The notes: generated by a model not told the origin, from the letters alone. Positions 14,311 to 27,208 are shown, counted from the first letter of the stretch. The stretch is DNA of 64,000 bases from Eledone cirrhosa (GCA_964016885.1 OZ024743.1:226300001-226364000); one strand, 5' to 3'. Numbers and translations: made by a program.

Positions 14311-14412
14311 ACAGGGTATATGTATGAAGATAGATAGATTAGATAGATAAATAGAAAGAGAGATAGATAGATAGATAGATAGATACATACATACATACAT
14401 ATATACATACAT

Positions 14413-15898
14413 CAGAACTCTCTGCGCAAAACCAAACAGTGGCTCACAATATGTTTGCTGTGCTTGTCCTAACACCAACGTTTGGAATACACAATTGGAC
14501 GATAGACGAAATCCGAGCAGTTGATGTTGGAACTCGAAATATACTGAACAATACGGAAACTTCCACATCAACAGTGACATAGACCGCCTTTACTTGAAAC
14601 GTAAGCAGGGAGGCAGAGGCCTAACATCAGTCCAGACAACATTTGAATGTCGCATCATATCTCTCCGACAACATCTACGAACCTCGAAGCGTAGGAGCCC
14701 GTTTCTAGAGCAAGTCTATCTGCATGAAACAAATAAGATCATGAGAGTTGGGAAGGAACTCCTCGAGAGATATTCCCTGTGTGATAATGAAAAACTCAAA
14801 CCCAGAGAAGTCGCTCAGCAGTATCGCAATGAATCCATGGATGAAAAATTGCATGCCTATCAGCAAAAAATCATGCATGGATATGTCGCCAGGAAGCTCC
14901 AGGATGAGAGTAATATAGATAAGGAAAGTAGTCTATCTTGGACCAACAGCCGCTATATTGGCTCCCACTTTGAAGGATACGCTTTTGCAATCCAAGAACA
15001 GGAGATTAACACGAAATACCTGAATAAGAAAAGAGTTAAGATGCAGGCAAAACACCTAGATGTGATAACAAGTGCAGACTCTGCAGAACTAACATCGAGG
15101 ATATCACCCATGTCATCAGCAGCTGTCCAAAGATGTCATCGCGGTACTATCTACCTATGAGGCATGATGTAGTGGCCAAAACACTGTACAATGCAGTTCA
15201 TAAAAAAATATCCCCGATAATAAACACATTAAAAGCTACATCAATGTGGAAGACATCCATGTACATAATATGAAAGAGTACTGGTGGAATGTTCCAGTAA
15301 AAACCCCAATAAAATGCAGGCATAACAGACCAGATATTATGATATGGGAAAGGGCGAAGAAAGCATGCACAGTAGTGGAAATTAGCTGCCCAGCAGATGC
15401 CAATATAATATCAAATATTAGTGAAAAGGAGAATATTTATGCAGAACTGATGAGAAATCTGCAGATACTCCACCCTGATTACACCTTCAGATTTATGCCT
15501 GTGATTATTCGGGCACTGGGATATGTTAGTAACTGCCTCAATACAAATCTTGAGAAGCTAGGCTTCACAGGTACAGAAAGAACACAACTAGTTAGGAAAT
15601 TACAAGTACAATCCATTAATGGAACAGTAAAAATATGTAAAACATTCCAAAAATTTTGCATCTAATAACTGCATATACACATGTACAGATGCAAAGCATA
15701 TACACATGCACGCATACAACTCGAAACATACACATCCACACATACAATAACATCCATATCTACACATGCATGCAAACATACATACATAATCTACCTAGTT
15801 GATGTTGTGTAAATTCCAATGAGAGAGTCTTGTGTCTATGTTAGAAACCGACTCTCTCTCAATTGGTAAAACTTTGTGAAATTATAAAAGCAGAAGAA
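14413..15898 (+). mobile_element. 5'-truncated RLE-type non-LTR retrotransposon (R4/NeSL/HERO-like) within (CATA)n
   Basis: DIDRLYLKRKQGGRGL, EGYAFAIQEQEINT, frameshifted CCHC knuckle (CRLC...H...C), RHDVV, NRPDI...VEISCP RLE motif (ORFs 14594-15160 and 15246-15665). (TACA)n on both sides. Confidence 0.85.
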
Positions 15899-16153
15899 CA
15901 TACACACATACATACATACACACATAAATACATACATACATACATACATACATACATACATACATACATACATACATACATACATACATACATACATACA
16001 TAGCTGGCGCCTTCAAAATTTGAAAAACATTCTTGCGATTCAAGGGATGACAATTTCATTTCTTTTACAACCTTGCCACCAGGAAGGTGGCCGGTCAAAA
16101 AAATATACTCGAAATTAAGAGAAAGAGAAATCATACATACATACATACATACA

Positions 16154-16563
16154 TGGTGGCTGCCAACTCATTTTCGAGTACGGCCACTACTTTATATGCA
16201 TGTAGGAGAACCCCTACCGATGCGCTGAACAAGTGCGACTTTTTAGTCCAGCCAGCGACTTGAAAACTCTGGTACAAACACTACACTTGTGACAATTATT
16301 GAGATATAGTGCTAGGCCCATGGTACCATGTGACGACAAGTGCAGAGAGATCTCCAGATATAAAGCAATGCCTGCGCCGTGAAGTTTTTATAGTGAGCAA
16401 AGGCACTGCACAAAGCCAGTCCCACTCTCTTAACCAAGATGATATTTACCAAAAGAAGAAGAAGTCAACATCATTGGATACCATCAGAGTTGCAGGTGTT
16501 ATATCAGAGTTTTCCTTCTCCTTGAATTCTGCCTTGACAAAGGCTAAGGGGTCATCTCTCACC
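16154..16563 (-). mobile_element. Non-autonomous bipartite RTE-derived element, 5'-truncated copy
   Basis: Reverse complement of about 22983-23387; flanked by (CATA)n. Confidence 0.8.
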
Positions 16564-17059
16564 TACATACATACATATATACATACATACATAAATAGAG
16601 CTAGTGAGAGATAAACAGACAGAAACATTCAAACACTGGGACAGGCATCCAGACAGGCACGCAGATAAATAAAAAAGAGGCAGATCGATAGATGGACAGG
16701 CAAGCAGATAGACAGACAAATTGATAGATAGTTAGGTAGAGAGATAGATAGATAAAGATAGATGAGTTGTTTTTATTGTTCGAAGATAGATAAATATATT
16801 AAGATATAGCCATTGGTCACCACATCAGACACACAAACACACACTCACATATGTATAGGTATATAGCTATAGATAAATGTTGTCATACCATTGTGAAGAT
16901 GGAAGATAGGTGTTGTTAACATTGCGTGTGAAAGAGGTAGGGAGGAAGATGTTGCAGCACATATATTCAGTAATTACCACTTCCCAAACAAATCTATCCC
17001 AAATTGGCTATGATGTGATCATAGCTTATATTATATAGTTTAAACTATATAATATAAGC

Positions 17060-17171
17060 TGAGTTCAAATCCCGCCGAGGTTAACTTTGCCTTTCATCCT
17101 TACGGGGTCGATAAAATAAAGTACCAGTAATGCACAGGGTATTTGCTGGCCTTGTGCCAAAAGTAGAAACA
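17060..17171 (+). mobile_element. 5'-truncated tRNA-derived SINE
   Basis: Starts at B box gagttcaaatccc. TSD attatatagtttaaac at 17030-17045 and 17172-17187. Confidence 0.85.
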
Positions 17172-17244
17172 ATTATATAGTTTAAACACACACATACACT
17201 TAGAGTGATATAAGTACATTATACATACAAAAACACACACACAC

Positions 17245-17357
<113 letters not shown>

Positions 17358-17359
17358 GT

Positions 17360-17609
17360 AATAATAAATTTGAAGACTAAAATCCAAAAAGGACTCGATA
17401 AGGATAAATATATATCAGATATATAAATAAAAGGAATTCCAACTTTGTCTGATTTACCGTTTTATTTACAATCCTTTAAAATTATAATGATATTATAATG
17501 AAATAGTATGGTCGAATATTAAACGTTAAGTGTTAATTGAACAACTACTTTAATGCTTTCGCTATCTTCAGTTTCATATTCAGTGGTGACAGTCAAGTTT
17601 GCAATTTTC

Positions 17610-17612
<3 letters not shown>
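17360..17612 (-). mobile_element. pLTR fragment of the 59682-60037 family, degenerate hammerhead
   Basis: 17430-17612 matches 59683-59860. Reverse-complement core CTGAAGA tagcgaaagcat TAAA has lost G12. (TA)n on both sides. Confidence 0.7.
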
Positions 17613-17661
<49 letters not shown>

Positions 17662-17664
<3 letters not shown>

Positions 17665-18255
17665 AGTACGTACACGTACATACATATATGTATACATATG
17701 TACAGTAGTATGTATATATATATATATATACATAAATGCACACATATATATATGTACGTATGGATTCACCAAACATTTATTATAATGCTCGGTGTATTTG
17801 TAAGCAAACATCCCATATCAAGCCGTAGTGTCTAGCAGCCACCGTTGCTCGTTTGTGCAACACTGACAAAGGAACGCTGTACCAGTTTCAAGCTTGTTAG
17901 CTATCGTCAGCAACGTATACCTTCCTGCCAGATAGTTGAACGTCCGAAAGTACATACTTTCCTTATGCATATTAACGGCTGAGTAGCCCAATTTGCATAT
18001 CGAGTGGGTTGATAGATAGCTAACAAGCTTGAAACTAGTACAGCGTTCCTTTGTCAGTGTTGAACAAACGAGCAACGGTGGTTGCTAGACACTACGGCTT
18101 GATACGGGATGTTTGTTTACAAACACACCGAACATTATAATAAATGTTTGGTGAATCCATACGTACATATATATATGTGTGCATGTATGTATATATATAT
18201 ACATACTACTGTACGTCTGTATACATATATGTATGTACGTGTAGATACTTATATT
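17662..18255. repeat. Fold-back element with about 240-bp inverted arms and about 110-bp spacer
   Basis: About 17662-17905 is the reverse complement of about 18016-18255 (e.g. tacgtatggattcaccaaacatttattataatg / cattataataaatgtttggtgaatccatacgta). Confidence 0.85.
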
Positions 18256-18330
18256 TAAGTAACAGTCGTACTAAGAGTGGGAAATGAAATTTCGTTTCAT
18301 TTTTTCCATTTATATATATATATATATATA

Positions 18331-18503
18331 AATTAATTAAAACAATGAATACAAACAAAGAAACAGTTCCTATTATTAAAAAATTCATCTATATGATATA
18401 CATACCAACACACACATATATATCCTAGAAACGATCGTAAAATGATGAATTTTTTAATAGAAGGACCTGTTTCTTTGTTTTTATTCATTGTTTTTATTAA
18501 TTT
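18331..18503. repeat. Short fold-back (about 58-bp arms)
   Basis: aaaacaatgaata.aaacaaagaaacag..cct...attaaaaaattcatc versus gatgaattttttaat...ctgtttctttgttt.tattcattgtttt. Confidence 0.75.
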
Positions 18504-18633
18504 ATCTTGACTCTGTTTTCCTGTGATTTTCATCGAAAAATGTTTTGAATACATCTTCACTTTTCATGATATTTGGATTACATTGAGTTCTTCATACGGA
18601 TTGGACACTACCGTATATTTTGGTAGATTTATT

Positions 18634-18699
<66 letters not shown>

Positions 18700-18702
<3 letters not shown>

Positions 18703-18862
18703 GTTTGTACCTTTGGCACATAGCCAGCAATCATTCTAGTGCATTACTGGTGCTTGATTTTATCGACCAGGAAAGGATGCAAATTTAACCTCAGCTGCAT
18801 TATGTAAGGGGCCATAACTCTATGCTGCAAACCATGGCGTCCGACCCTCTACCGATACAGCC
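18700..18862 (-). mobile_element. tRNA-derived SINE, diverged and internally deleted
   Basis: Matches 7241-7425 (gtgcattactggt, ttttatcgacc, catggcgtccgaccctctaccgatac). Confidence 0.8.
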
Positions 18863-18947
18863 TGAACGAGCCAAATTGCACCACACAAAGTGAAATTGAT
18901 CATTTAAGTCACATTGAAATTATAACCACAATAGAAAAGCCCTTCGC

Positions 18948-18978
<31 letters not shown>

Positions 18979-19019
18979 CGAAACATAAGTCAATTGCATG
19001 AACTCATAATCCTTTATTT

Positions 19020-19075
19020 ACTGCTATATATATTTCGATGATAGCCATTGAATGGCTATGACCTCATCAGGCAGT
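19020..19075 (-). ncRNA. Minimal type I hammerhead ribozyme in a PLE pLTR remnant (about 18975-19527)
   Basis: Reverse complement: actgc CTGATGA [ggtcatagcca ttcaa tggctatcatc] GAAA tatata TA gcagt, followed by AATAAA and (TA)n. Confidence 0.85.
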
Positions 19076-19527
19076 TAGTCAGTTCTTAGATATGCCAGCT
19101 CTGTGTGTATAGTGTTGATGGTATCAGAGCCTTGCGACATATAAGCTTGTTAGGAATACTTTGATGTTGTCAGCAGGAATAGTCTTGATTCTCATTGGTC
19201 AGTTTTTAGATGGTAGTAGGTTGGTTTTTGACCTCAAAGAGGCAGGTGGTTCAAACCATCAGGCAAGATGACAATAGTTCCACATGACTGATTTTCACAA
19301 AAGGCATTCTTGGTCAGATATATTTTCAAATAAGGTTAATAGTATGAAATAGATACTACAGGTCATTCTTAAATTGAGGAAATTATGTGGAGTGGTGCTA
19401 CTGAAAATTAGGGTTGGAGTAGAAAGTTTACAAATAAAAAGACTTATGTAGATTGGCTTGCACTTTACTCACACCCACTTTCACAGACACACATACACCT
19501 CCACACATACAAAAGGTGGGGTGGTAA

Positions 19528-20457
19528 TCTATATATATAAAACTGTGGTTGTCTGTCTGTCTATCGATTTTTGGCACACATCTCCTCTTAGAATCTCTCA
19601 CGGAATTGCACCGAAATTGCTATACTTGTACATTGAGCCCTAGCGAAGACATCGGAAAAAAAAAATTTCAAATTGACCCACCTTATGTGACGAAATCGAA
19701 TATAATGTATCGATTTTTGAGCGTAAGTTATCAGTTATTTCCCTTTGTTCTGTTTACGTAAAAAATTACGCTGGCTTTCTCAGCGTTTAAAATGACATTA
19801 ACACAATATTCATCAGTTCGAACACTAAGCTTCCGTGTTGCTACATTTCCATTTAAAAGCATTTTAAAACAATATTTTTACTTGAAAACAAGTCTATTTA
19901 AAGACTACGTAAAACAAGCAAATATTTCGTCGTTAGGCGTGCAGACAGACAGTCGTGCAGACAGACAGTCGTGCAGAGAGGTGATATACGCGTGCAGACA
20001 GACAGTCGTGCAGAGAGTTGGTATAGGCGTGCAGACAGATAGTCGTGCAGAGAGGTGATATAGGCGTGCAGACAGACAGTCGTGCAGAGAGGTGATATAG
20101 GCGTGCAGACAGATAGTCGTGCAGAGAGGTGATATAGGCGTGCAGACAGACATAACTGATAATTTGGTTACGCTAATGTTTTTCTCTGCGTTGCAGTGTT
20201 TACATTTTCGATCTTTGTTAATAAATAACCAGTGCAGTTTCTATCCCCAGCATCCTCTTTTGTTATAACATTCGGGTTATCGTTATGTTTTCTTAACTTC
20301 ATAAGGCATATTGTTGGTTGAGGGAATATTAATCAAAAACACCACATGCAAGTCTGCATAGTAGACACTACAGTTTTTAAGCCAAGAAAGAAACTTAACA
20401 TTGTAACTTTAACACAGCTACTGAGCGACCCCGAGCAACGCCGGGCTTTACTGCTAG
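19528..20457 (+). mobile_element. Non-autonomous Helitron
   Basis: 5' TCTATATATATAAAA; 3' CCCGAGCAACGCCGGG hairpin then CTGCTAG; inserted between A19527 and T20458. Confidence 0.9.
19935..20151. repeat. Minisatellite (about 37-bp unit gcgtgcagacagacagtcgtgcagagaggtgatatag) inside the Helitron
   Basis: Direct; 5-6 units. Confidence 0.9.
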
Positions 20458-20939
20458 TACTTAATATAATGGTTAGAGTCCAATACATAGATAGTTTAGA
20501 AAATTTAGAAATAAAAGGTTTATGCTGGTTCACTTGTACATACACTCACACCTACCCCTCAAACACTCACACATCCACACACACAAATATATATACAGGT
20601 GTGTATATATATATATATGCATGCATGCATGTACGCACAAGTATACACATATATATATATATAAAATATATATATATACACAGAACATACATATACATAA
20701 AATATATACATACAAAAATATAAAAAATATATATAAACATAGAATACACACACACACACAAAATATATACACACGTAAAACATACATATATATATATATA
20801 AAATACACACTCACATACACACATATATATAAAATATATACATACAGATACGCACACATATATAAAATACGCATACATACACATACAAAATACACATATA
20901 TATACACATGATTCATATATACATATATATATATATAAA

Positions 20940-22437
20940 ATCAGGTTCAATAAAACATAGTTTAGATGACTCCTAACCAGTAGAGGATCCGGTGGACCAT
21001 CCACCATATGGACCGCAAACCATGGGTGGTTGTTGTTGTCCATTGGTCATTGGTACGAGGTGTAGGGGACCTACCGGGGGGAGGGAGGCCGTAACCGGGG
21101 TTTATCCATATAGTTTGAGGAAAGTTCCCGTCCTTAGGTGTCTGCAGGCACCGAATAAGTTGGCCCTACTGTTTAATAGCTTGGTTCCGCCATGAAGAAT
21201 CTTGAGTGTCTCACTAAGACAGTGGTTGCAAATACCAGACCCGCCTCTGTCTGGGGGAACCTTTCTAACCACGGACCATATCAGAGAGTTCGGGGTCCTT
21301 TCAAGTTTGAGCTTCCAGATCAATTCAGAAAGGGCCGTACAGTTCCTCTTATCTATTCTGCTAAAGGAATGGCGATGGCTATACCACCGAGCTTTGAAGC
21401 TCGTCGCTGTGGATCCTACGTAGTGGTGCTCCGAGTTAGGGGTTGTGACCTTGCACCTGTAGACCACGTTTTTTGTCATGCATTCATTACTAAGGGGGCA
21501 TAGCGATGGGTCTCTGCAATTACATGACTTCTTAAGCCCCACCACATTACCGCGTCGTTAGCATCACTCGGGGTTGGCTGGGTAACCTCCAAAATCAGCA
21601 CAGGGTCGTTGGGTTCCGGTGTGCTAGTTGGGCCTGTCCGGGTTCTGATGCGTCCCGCGTGCTGGTTCTGTTGGGTGGCTCCGGGGTTTACGGTGGTATT
21701 AGAGGCAGTGAGACTATTCTTATTTATGCCAGCTATGTGCTGGGCTACGGAGCGTGTGATAGAGTAGGAAAGTTTCACCGTGTGCCTGTTGAGTATTTTA
21801 TGGTACTTATGGGCCCTAGGGAAACATATATCCAGTACTCTAAAGAGTGTTCCAGCCAGGCTGGTACGTAGACCCACCGAGTACGGACGGTTATACCATG
21901 TGATCTTCCTGGTCCTATTCTTGCGGGGTTGTTGGGTGTCCGCCGTGGGCCATCGCGTGGTTGTGCACAACTCAGGTCGAGCTCGGTTGGTGTCACTTGG
22001 GTGTGCGGAGCGGTCACTATCATGAGGGTTATATAGGCCCACCGTGGGGCTATAAACCTGCGAGGTGCGGCCTCCCTGCTCAATTGGGAATCGGCGGGTG
22101 GTGGGGCCGGTGCAGGGGTGCCTATGTTCCGCAGCACAGCGGTCTTCAGCGTTGTAGGTATTAGACCGGTGGCATATGCGGGACCTTATACCCGGTGTGG
22201 TGAGGGATAGGATTCTGGGAGTGTTACTACTGGTCACCGAGGTATTAGGTGGGCGACTCATGCCCCTGAGGGTATTGGTCCGGGGTACCCTTAGGTCATC
22301 TCGATCCTGTCCCTTAGGGTTATAACTGATCCTATCGCTGTGGGACGCCTTAGCTAGAGCTGAGTTATAGTAATCAGCGTTACTATTGAAGATCTCTTTA
22401 TTGGCCGACAAGTTAGAGATCCTGTCAGAGAGACTCT

Positions 22438-22440
<3 letters not shown>
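20940..22440 (-). mobile_element. Naiad-type PLE fragment (RT thumb, linker, GIY-YIG endonuclease)
   Basis: RISNLSANKEIF...YYNSAL, ITWYNRPYS, KILNRHTVKLSYS, CNCRDPSLCPLSNEC, VVYRC..YVGST..FKARWYSH, CNHCLSE, CRH. Frameshifted (ORFs 21476-22411 and 21102-21545). (TA)n flanks. Confidence 0.9.
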
Positions 22441-22472
<32 letters not shown>

Positions 22473-22512
22473 TAATAATAATAAATTTGAGACTAATAGT
22501 AATAATAATAAA

Positions 22513-22567
<55 letters not shown>

Positions 22568-22571
22568 GTGT

Positions 22572-22603
<32 letters not shown>

Positions 22604-22780
22604 CTGGTTGTTTGATTTTTGCGGAGGAGTATTTTTGAATGTGTACATGTATGTATGCATTATGTACGTACTTTGGTATGTAAGTATGTATGATTTGGTT
22701 ATGTATGTATGTAAGTATGTAAGTGTGTATATATGTATATATATACATACATGTATGTATGTATGTATGTATGTATGTAT

Positions 22781-23387
22781 GTCAGGTCACCAGTTGGTGC
22801 TACTGGTAACATGTATCCCAGTACAACCTGTCTCATGGTCGGGTCGTTGGCGACTAAACTGGCAACCCCACCAAGGTTTCTTGGTGAGGAGGGTGACTTT
22901 GGACATCCTGCAGGACTAAAAACAAAACCTGTCAAAGGGCAAAGGAGCTCTTAAGAGTCAATGGCCATCCAAAATCACCGGGAGAGATGACCCCTTAGCC
23001 TTTGTCAAGGCAGAATTCTAGGAGAAGGAAAACTCTGATATAACACCTGCAACCCTGATGGTATCCAATGATGTTGACTTGTTCTTCTTTTTGGTAAATA
23101 TCATCTTGGTTAAGAGAGTGGGACTGGCTTTGTGCAGTGCCTTTGCTCACTATAAAAGCTTCACGGCACAGGCATTGCTTTATATCTGGAGATCTCTCTG
23201 CACTTGTCGTCACATGGTACCATGGGCCCAACACTATGTGTCAATAATTGTCACAAGTGTAGTCTTTGTACCAGAGTTTTCAAGTCGCTGGCTGGACTAA
23301 AAAGTCACTCGTTCAGCGCATCAGTAGGGGTTCTCCTACATGGATATAAAGTAGTGGCCGTACTCGAAAACGAGTTGGCAGCCACCA
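22781..23387 (+). mobile_element. Non-autonomous bipartite RTE-derived element, longest copy
   Basis: About 600 bp, three copies in the window. 3' part encodes an RTE-like C-terminal C2H2 remnant HKCSLCTRVFKSLAGLKSH; no RT. (TATG)n on both sides. Confidence 0.75.
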
Positions 23388-23490
23388 TGTATGTATGTAT
23401 GTATGTATGTATGTATGTATGTATGTATATATACATTTATGTATGTATGTATGTAAGTATGTATGTATATATGTATATATATATATATAT

Positions 23491-24030
23491 GTCCCATGGT
23501 CGAGTCGTTGGTGACTAAACTGGCAACCCCACCAAGGTTTCTTGGTGAGGAGGGTGACTTTGGACATCCTGCAGGACTAAAAACAAAACCTGTCAAAGGG
23601 CAAAGTAGCTCTTAAGATTCAATGGCCATCCAAAATCACCGGGAGAGATGACCCCTTAGCCTTTGTCAAGGCAGAATTTTAGGAGAAAGAAAACTCTGAT
23701 GGTATCCAATGATGTTGACTTGTTCTTCTTTTTGGTAAATATCATCTTGGTTAAGAGAGTAGGACTGGCTTTGTGCAGTGCCTTTGCTCACTATAAAAGC
23801 TTCACGGCACAGGCATTGCTTTATATCTGGACATCTCTCTGCACTTGTCGTCACATGGTACCATGGGCCCAGCATTATGTGTCAATAATTGTCACAAGTG
23901 TAGTGTTTGTACTAGAGTTTTCAAGTCACTGGCTGGACTAAAATGTCACACTCGTTCAGCGCATCGGTAGGGGTTCTCCTACATGCATATAAAGTAGTGG
24001 CCGTACTCGAAAACGAGTTGGCAGCCACCA
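23491..24030 (+). mobile_element. Second tandem copy of the bipartite RTE-derived element
   Basis: High identity to 22830-23387, with a deletion between two ctgat repeats near 23700. Confidence 0.8.
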
Positions 24031-24034
24031 TTAA

Positions 24035-24266
24035 ATATATGTATATATGTATACATACATATATGTTTGTATGCATGTATGCATGTATGTATGCATATAT
24101 GTATGTATGCATTTATGTATGTATGTATGAATTTATGTATGTATGTATATATGATGTATGTATGTATGTTTGTATGTATGTATGTATGTATGTATGTATG
24201 TATGTATGTATGTATGTATGTATGTATGTATGTATGCATGTATGTCTGTATATATGATGTATGTAT
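24035..24266. repeat. (TATG)n microsatellite
   Basis: Direct. Confidence 0.9.
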
Positions 24267-25539
24267 GGGTGCAGCCCATGTGAGGAACTGATATTCACTG
24301 TTATGCATCGTTGAAACAATGATCTAGAAATAGCCTGGCTTCAATGGAGAATCACAAACAGTATTTCCTTGTAAAACACTCTTGAGACATTTTATTCAAA
24401 TAGGAAACTTAATTCGTACACCGTCGCCACCACTATCACCATCCGCCCCACCACCAGCCACCCCCACTACCACCACCTTACCACGTCTTCCTGTATCATT
24501 AAACCCACTGTTACTATGTACTCCCAATAACTTCTCCATCCATACTACCGCCGTCATTATTACCGAAGCCCCCAACATCACCGCCATTGTTATCACAATT
24601 ATTCTCACAACTATCTGCAACACTACCCCCACCTATATTGTCTACGCCACACTATCATTAGCAACACCACCAATACTATCACTACTTTCTCCGCCATAAT
24701 CATCGACACCACTATCACTATAATTATGAATATCATCAAGATTATGTCTATTACTATCAATAACCCCTCCACACTTATGATTACCACGACGATGAATCTC
24801 ACAATATATCTATCACCAGCATAGTGAGAGTGAACTAGACACACAGACAACGCTTTGTATGCCACTGGGTCGGAAGGTTGTGTATAAAAAAAAATCACCT
24901 GATCAAATGTAAAGAAAACCTGAAGCCAAATCTACTACAAAGAGATTATAAGGAAAATGGTACGCGTTTTAGTTGAGCAGTAAATATATGAATCTGGCCC
25001 TGAGCAGCCAGCAGTCAGTTAGTTATTGCTTTTGGCGGAGCAATGAAAACGGTAGTCAGCTTGTCTGTTAAACAGTGTCACCCGAGCCGGTTTTAGGACC
25101 AGGTCCGAATGTGACCATAGTCAGCGTTAATTACCTTTCCATCATCATCCCCACTGTGCCCAGTTGTTATCAGATCATCAATACCACCCACCAAGATTAA
25201 AAGACCACCTAGACACGCATATAACAGAGTTTGTTGCCGGAGAAGACATCAATCACTTTGTTGGTTGTTTTTTTGTTGGATGTCCGTCGGTTTCGCCGAT
25301 GAGCATTCCAGTTGTTTGCTCAAGGGAATAGTATGTATCTAGGCTGCCCCTTTGAATTATAGATTTCAACATATTTTTATCCTGGTGAATGGACTACGTA
25401 GCAACGTGTGAAATATAGTGTAGTGCTTAATGACACAATGAGGTGCAGGGAATTGAAATTACGACTTTACGACCGTGAACTGAATATTCTAGCCACTAGG
25501 CAGTCTGCCTAAACGTAATCCCACAAAGCCACTCGCACG

Positions 25540-25554
25540 TACACACACACACAC

Positions 25555-25604
<50 letters not shown>

Positions 25605-25645
25605 ACACACACACACACACACACGTACACACACACACAGACACA

Positions 25646-25740
<95 letters not shown>

Positions 25741-25780
25741 ACATACACACACACATACAGTCACACACACACACACACAT
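25540..25780. repeat. (CA)n microsatellite
   Basis: Direct. Confidence 0.95.
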
Positions 25781-26536
25781 GCCTATTAATATATTAATTA
25801 TCATACACTACTTTTTAACCATCCTCAGTTAAGTAATATGTTACACAGACTGGATAAGAAAGCTTTGATCCGGTCGATAGACATGCGAGGTAAAATAGCC
25901 AAACCTGCCCCATTTCACACTATACTATTTTAAAAGTTAGCACACGCAGATTTATAAACTACTTCTTGACATACTATGCGGGATAACAAGGATTGTGTTG
26001 GCTATTATGATGGGGTAGGCATGTACGGAATGGCTAGAAAGGTGATTTATTGCATTTATGTAGGTAACGCTATCAGTAAAATCCATACAACTGCTCATTA
26101 ATCATACACTCATACAATTAATTACCCAACATACACACAATGAACCACGTTATACCATCAAGCAACACCCCATCATAACTACCCCCATACAGACATATTT
26201 CGATCCCCTTTATACAAAAATAGTTACTGTGAAATTTCATTATCGATTTAGAAAAAAATATTATAGACGAAAAAAACAACAACAACAACAAAAAACAATC
26301 AAACAGGTAACCAACCCTAATCAATAACAAGAAATCAATCGTTACTTGTAGCTTAGCAACCACCAATCAAACAAGGTAAAGATCAATAGTTCAAACAAAC
26401 GAATAACAACACTTTACCGACCTGTCCGCCATAGATTGTAGATAAAATGTGCTGCGTAAGTAAATATAGAAGTTCCTACTTCCACCTCCTTACCTTGCCG
26501 TGTTAGACACACACAGACACACACACATGCATATCA

Positions 26537-26604
<68 letters not shown>

Positions 26605-26717
26605 ATATATTACACATTATATATATATATGTGTGAGCATATATTACACATTATAAATATATATAATGTGTAATACACACACGCATATATATGTATATAT
26701 GTATATATGTATATATT

Positions 26718-26779
<62 letters not shown>

Positions 26780-26788
26780 TATACATAT

Positions 26789-26874
26789 ATGGAAGCATCA
26801 TAGCTACCATCAGACACACACAAACACACATATATATACATATATATATATACATACATATATATATATGTATG

Positions 26875-26935
<61 letters not shown>

Positions 26936-27030
26936 TTGTGTGTGAGTGTGTGTGCGTATGTATGTGTGTGTGTCTGATAGTAGCTATGATGCTTCCATAG
27001 GCGGGCTATGCCGGTTGAGCACTCTATGAA
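26789..27030. repeat. Fold-back with microsatellite core and pLTR-like terminal motif
   Basis: atggaagcatcatagctaccatcagacacaca...tgtgtctgatagtagctatgatgcttccat, followed by GTTGAGCACTCT at 27014. Confidence 0.7.
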
Positions 27031-27040
27031 CACACACACA

Positions 27041-27208
<168 letters not shown>

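Noticed and set aside
19935-20151. CRISPR-like array
   Set aside because: Head-to-tail minisatellite with no unique spacers, inside a Helitron in a eukaryotic context.
26412-26432. Possible host first coding exon on the minus strand (ATGGCGGACAGGTCG then GTAAAG)
   Set aside because: Too short to distinguish from chance; no supporting downstream exon found.
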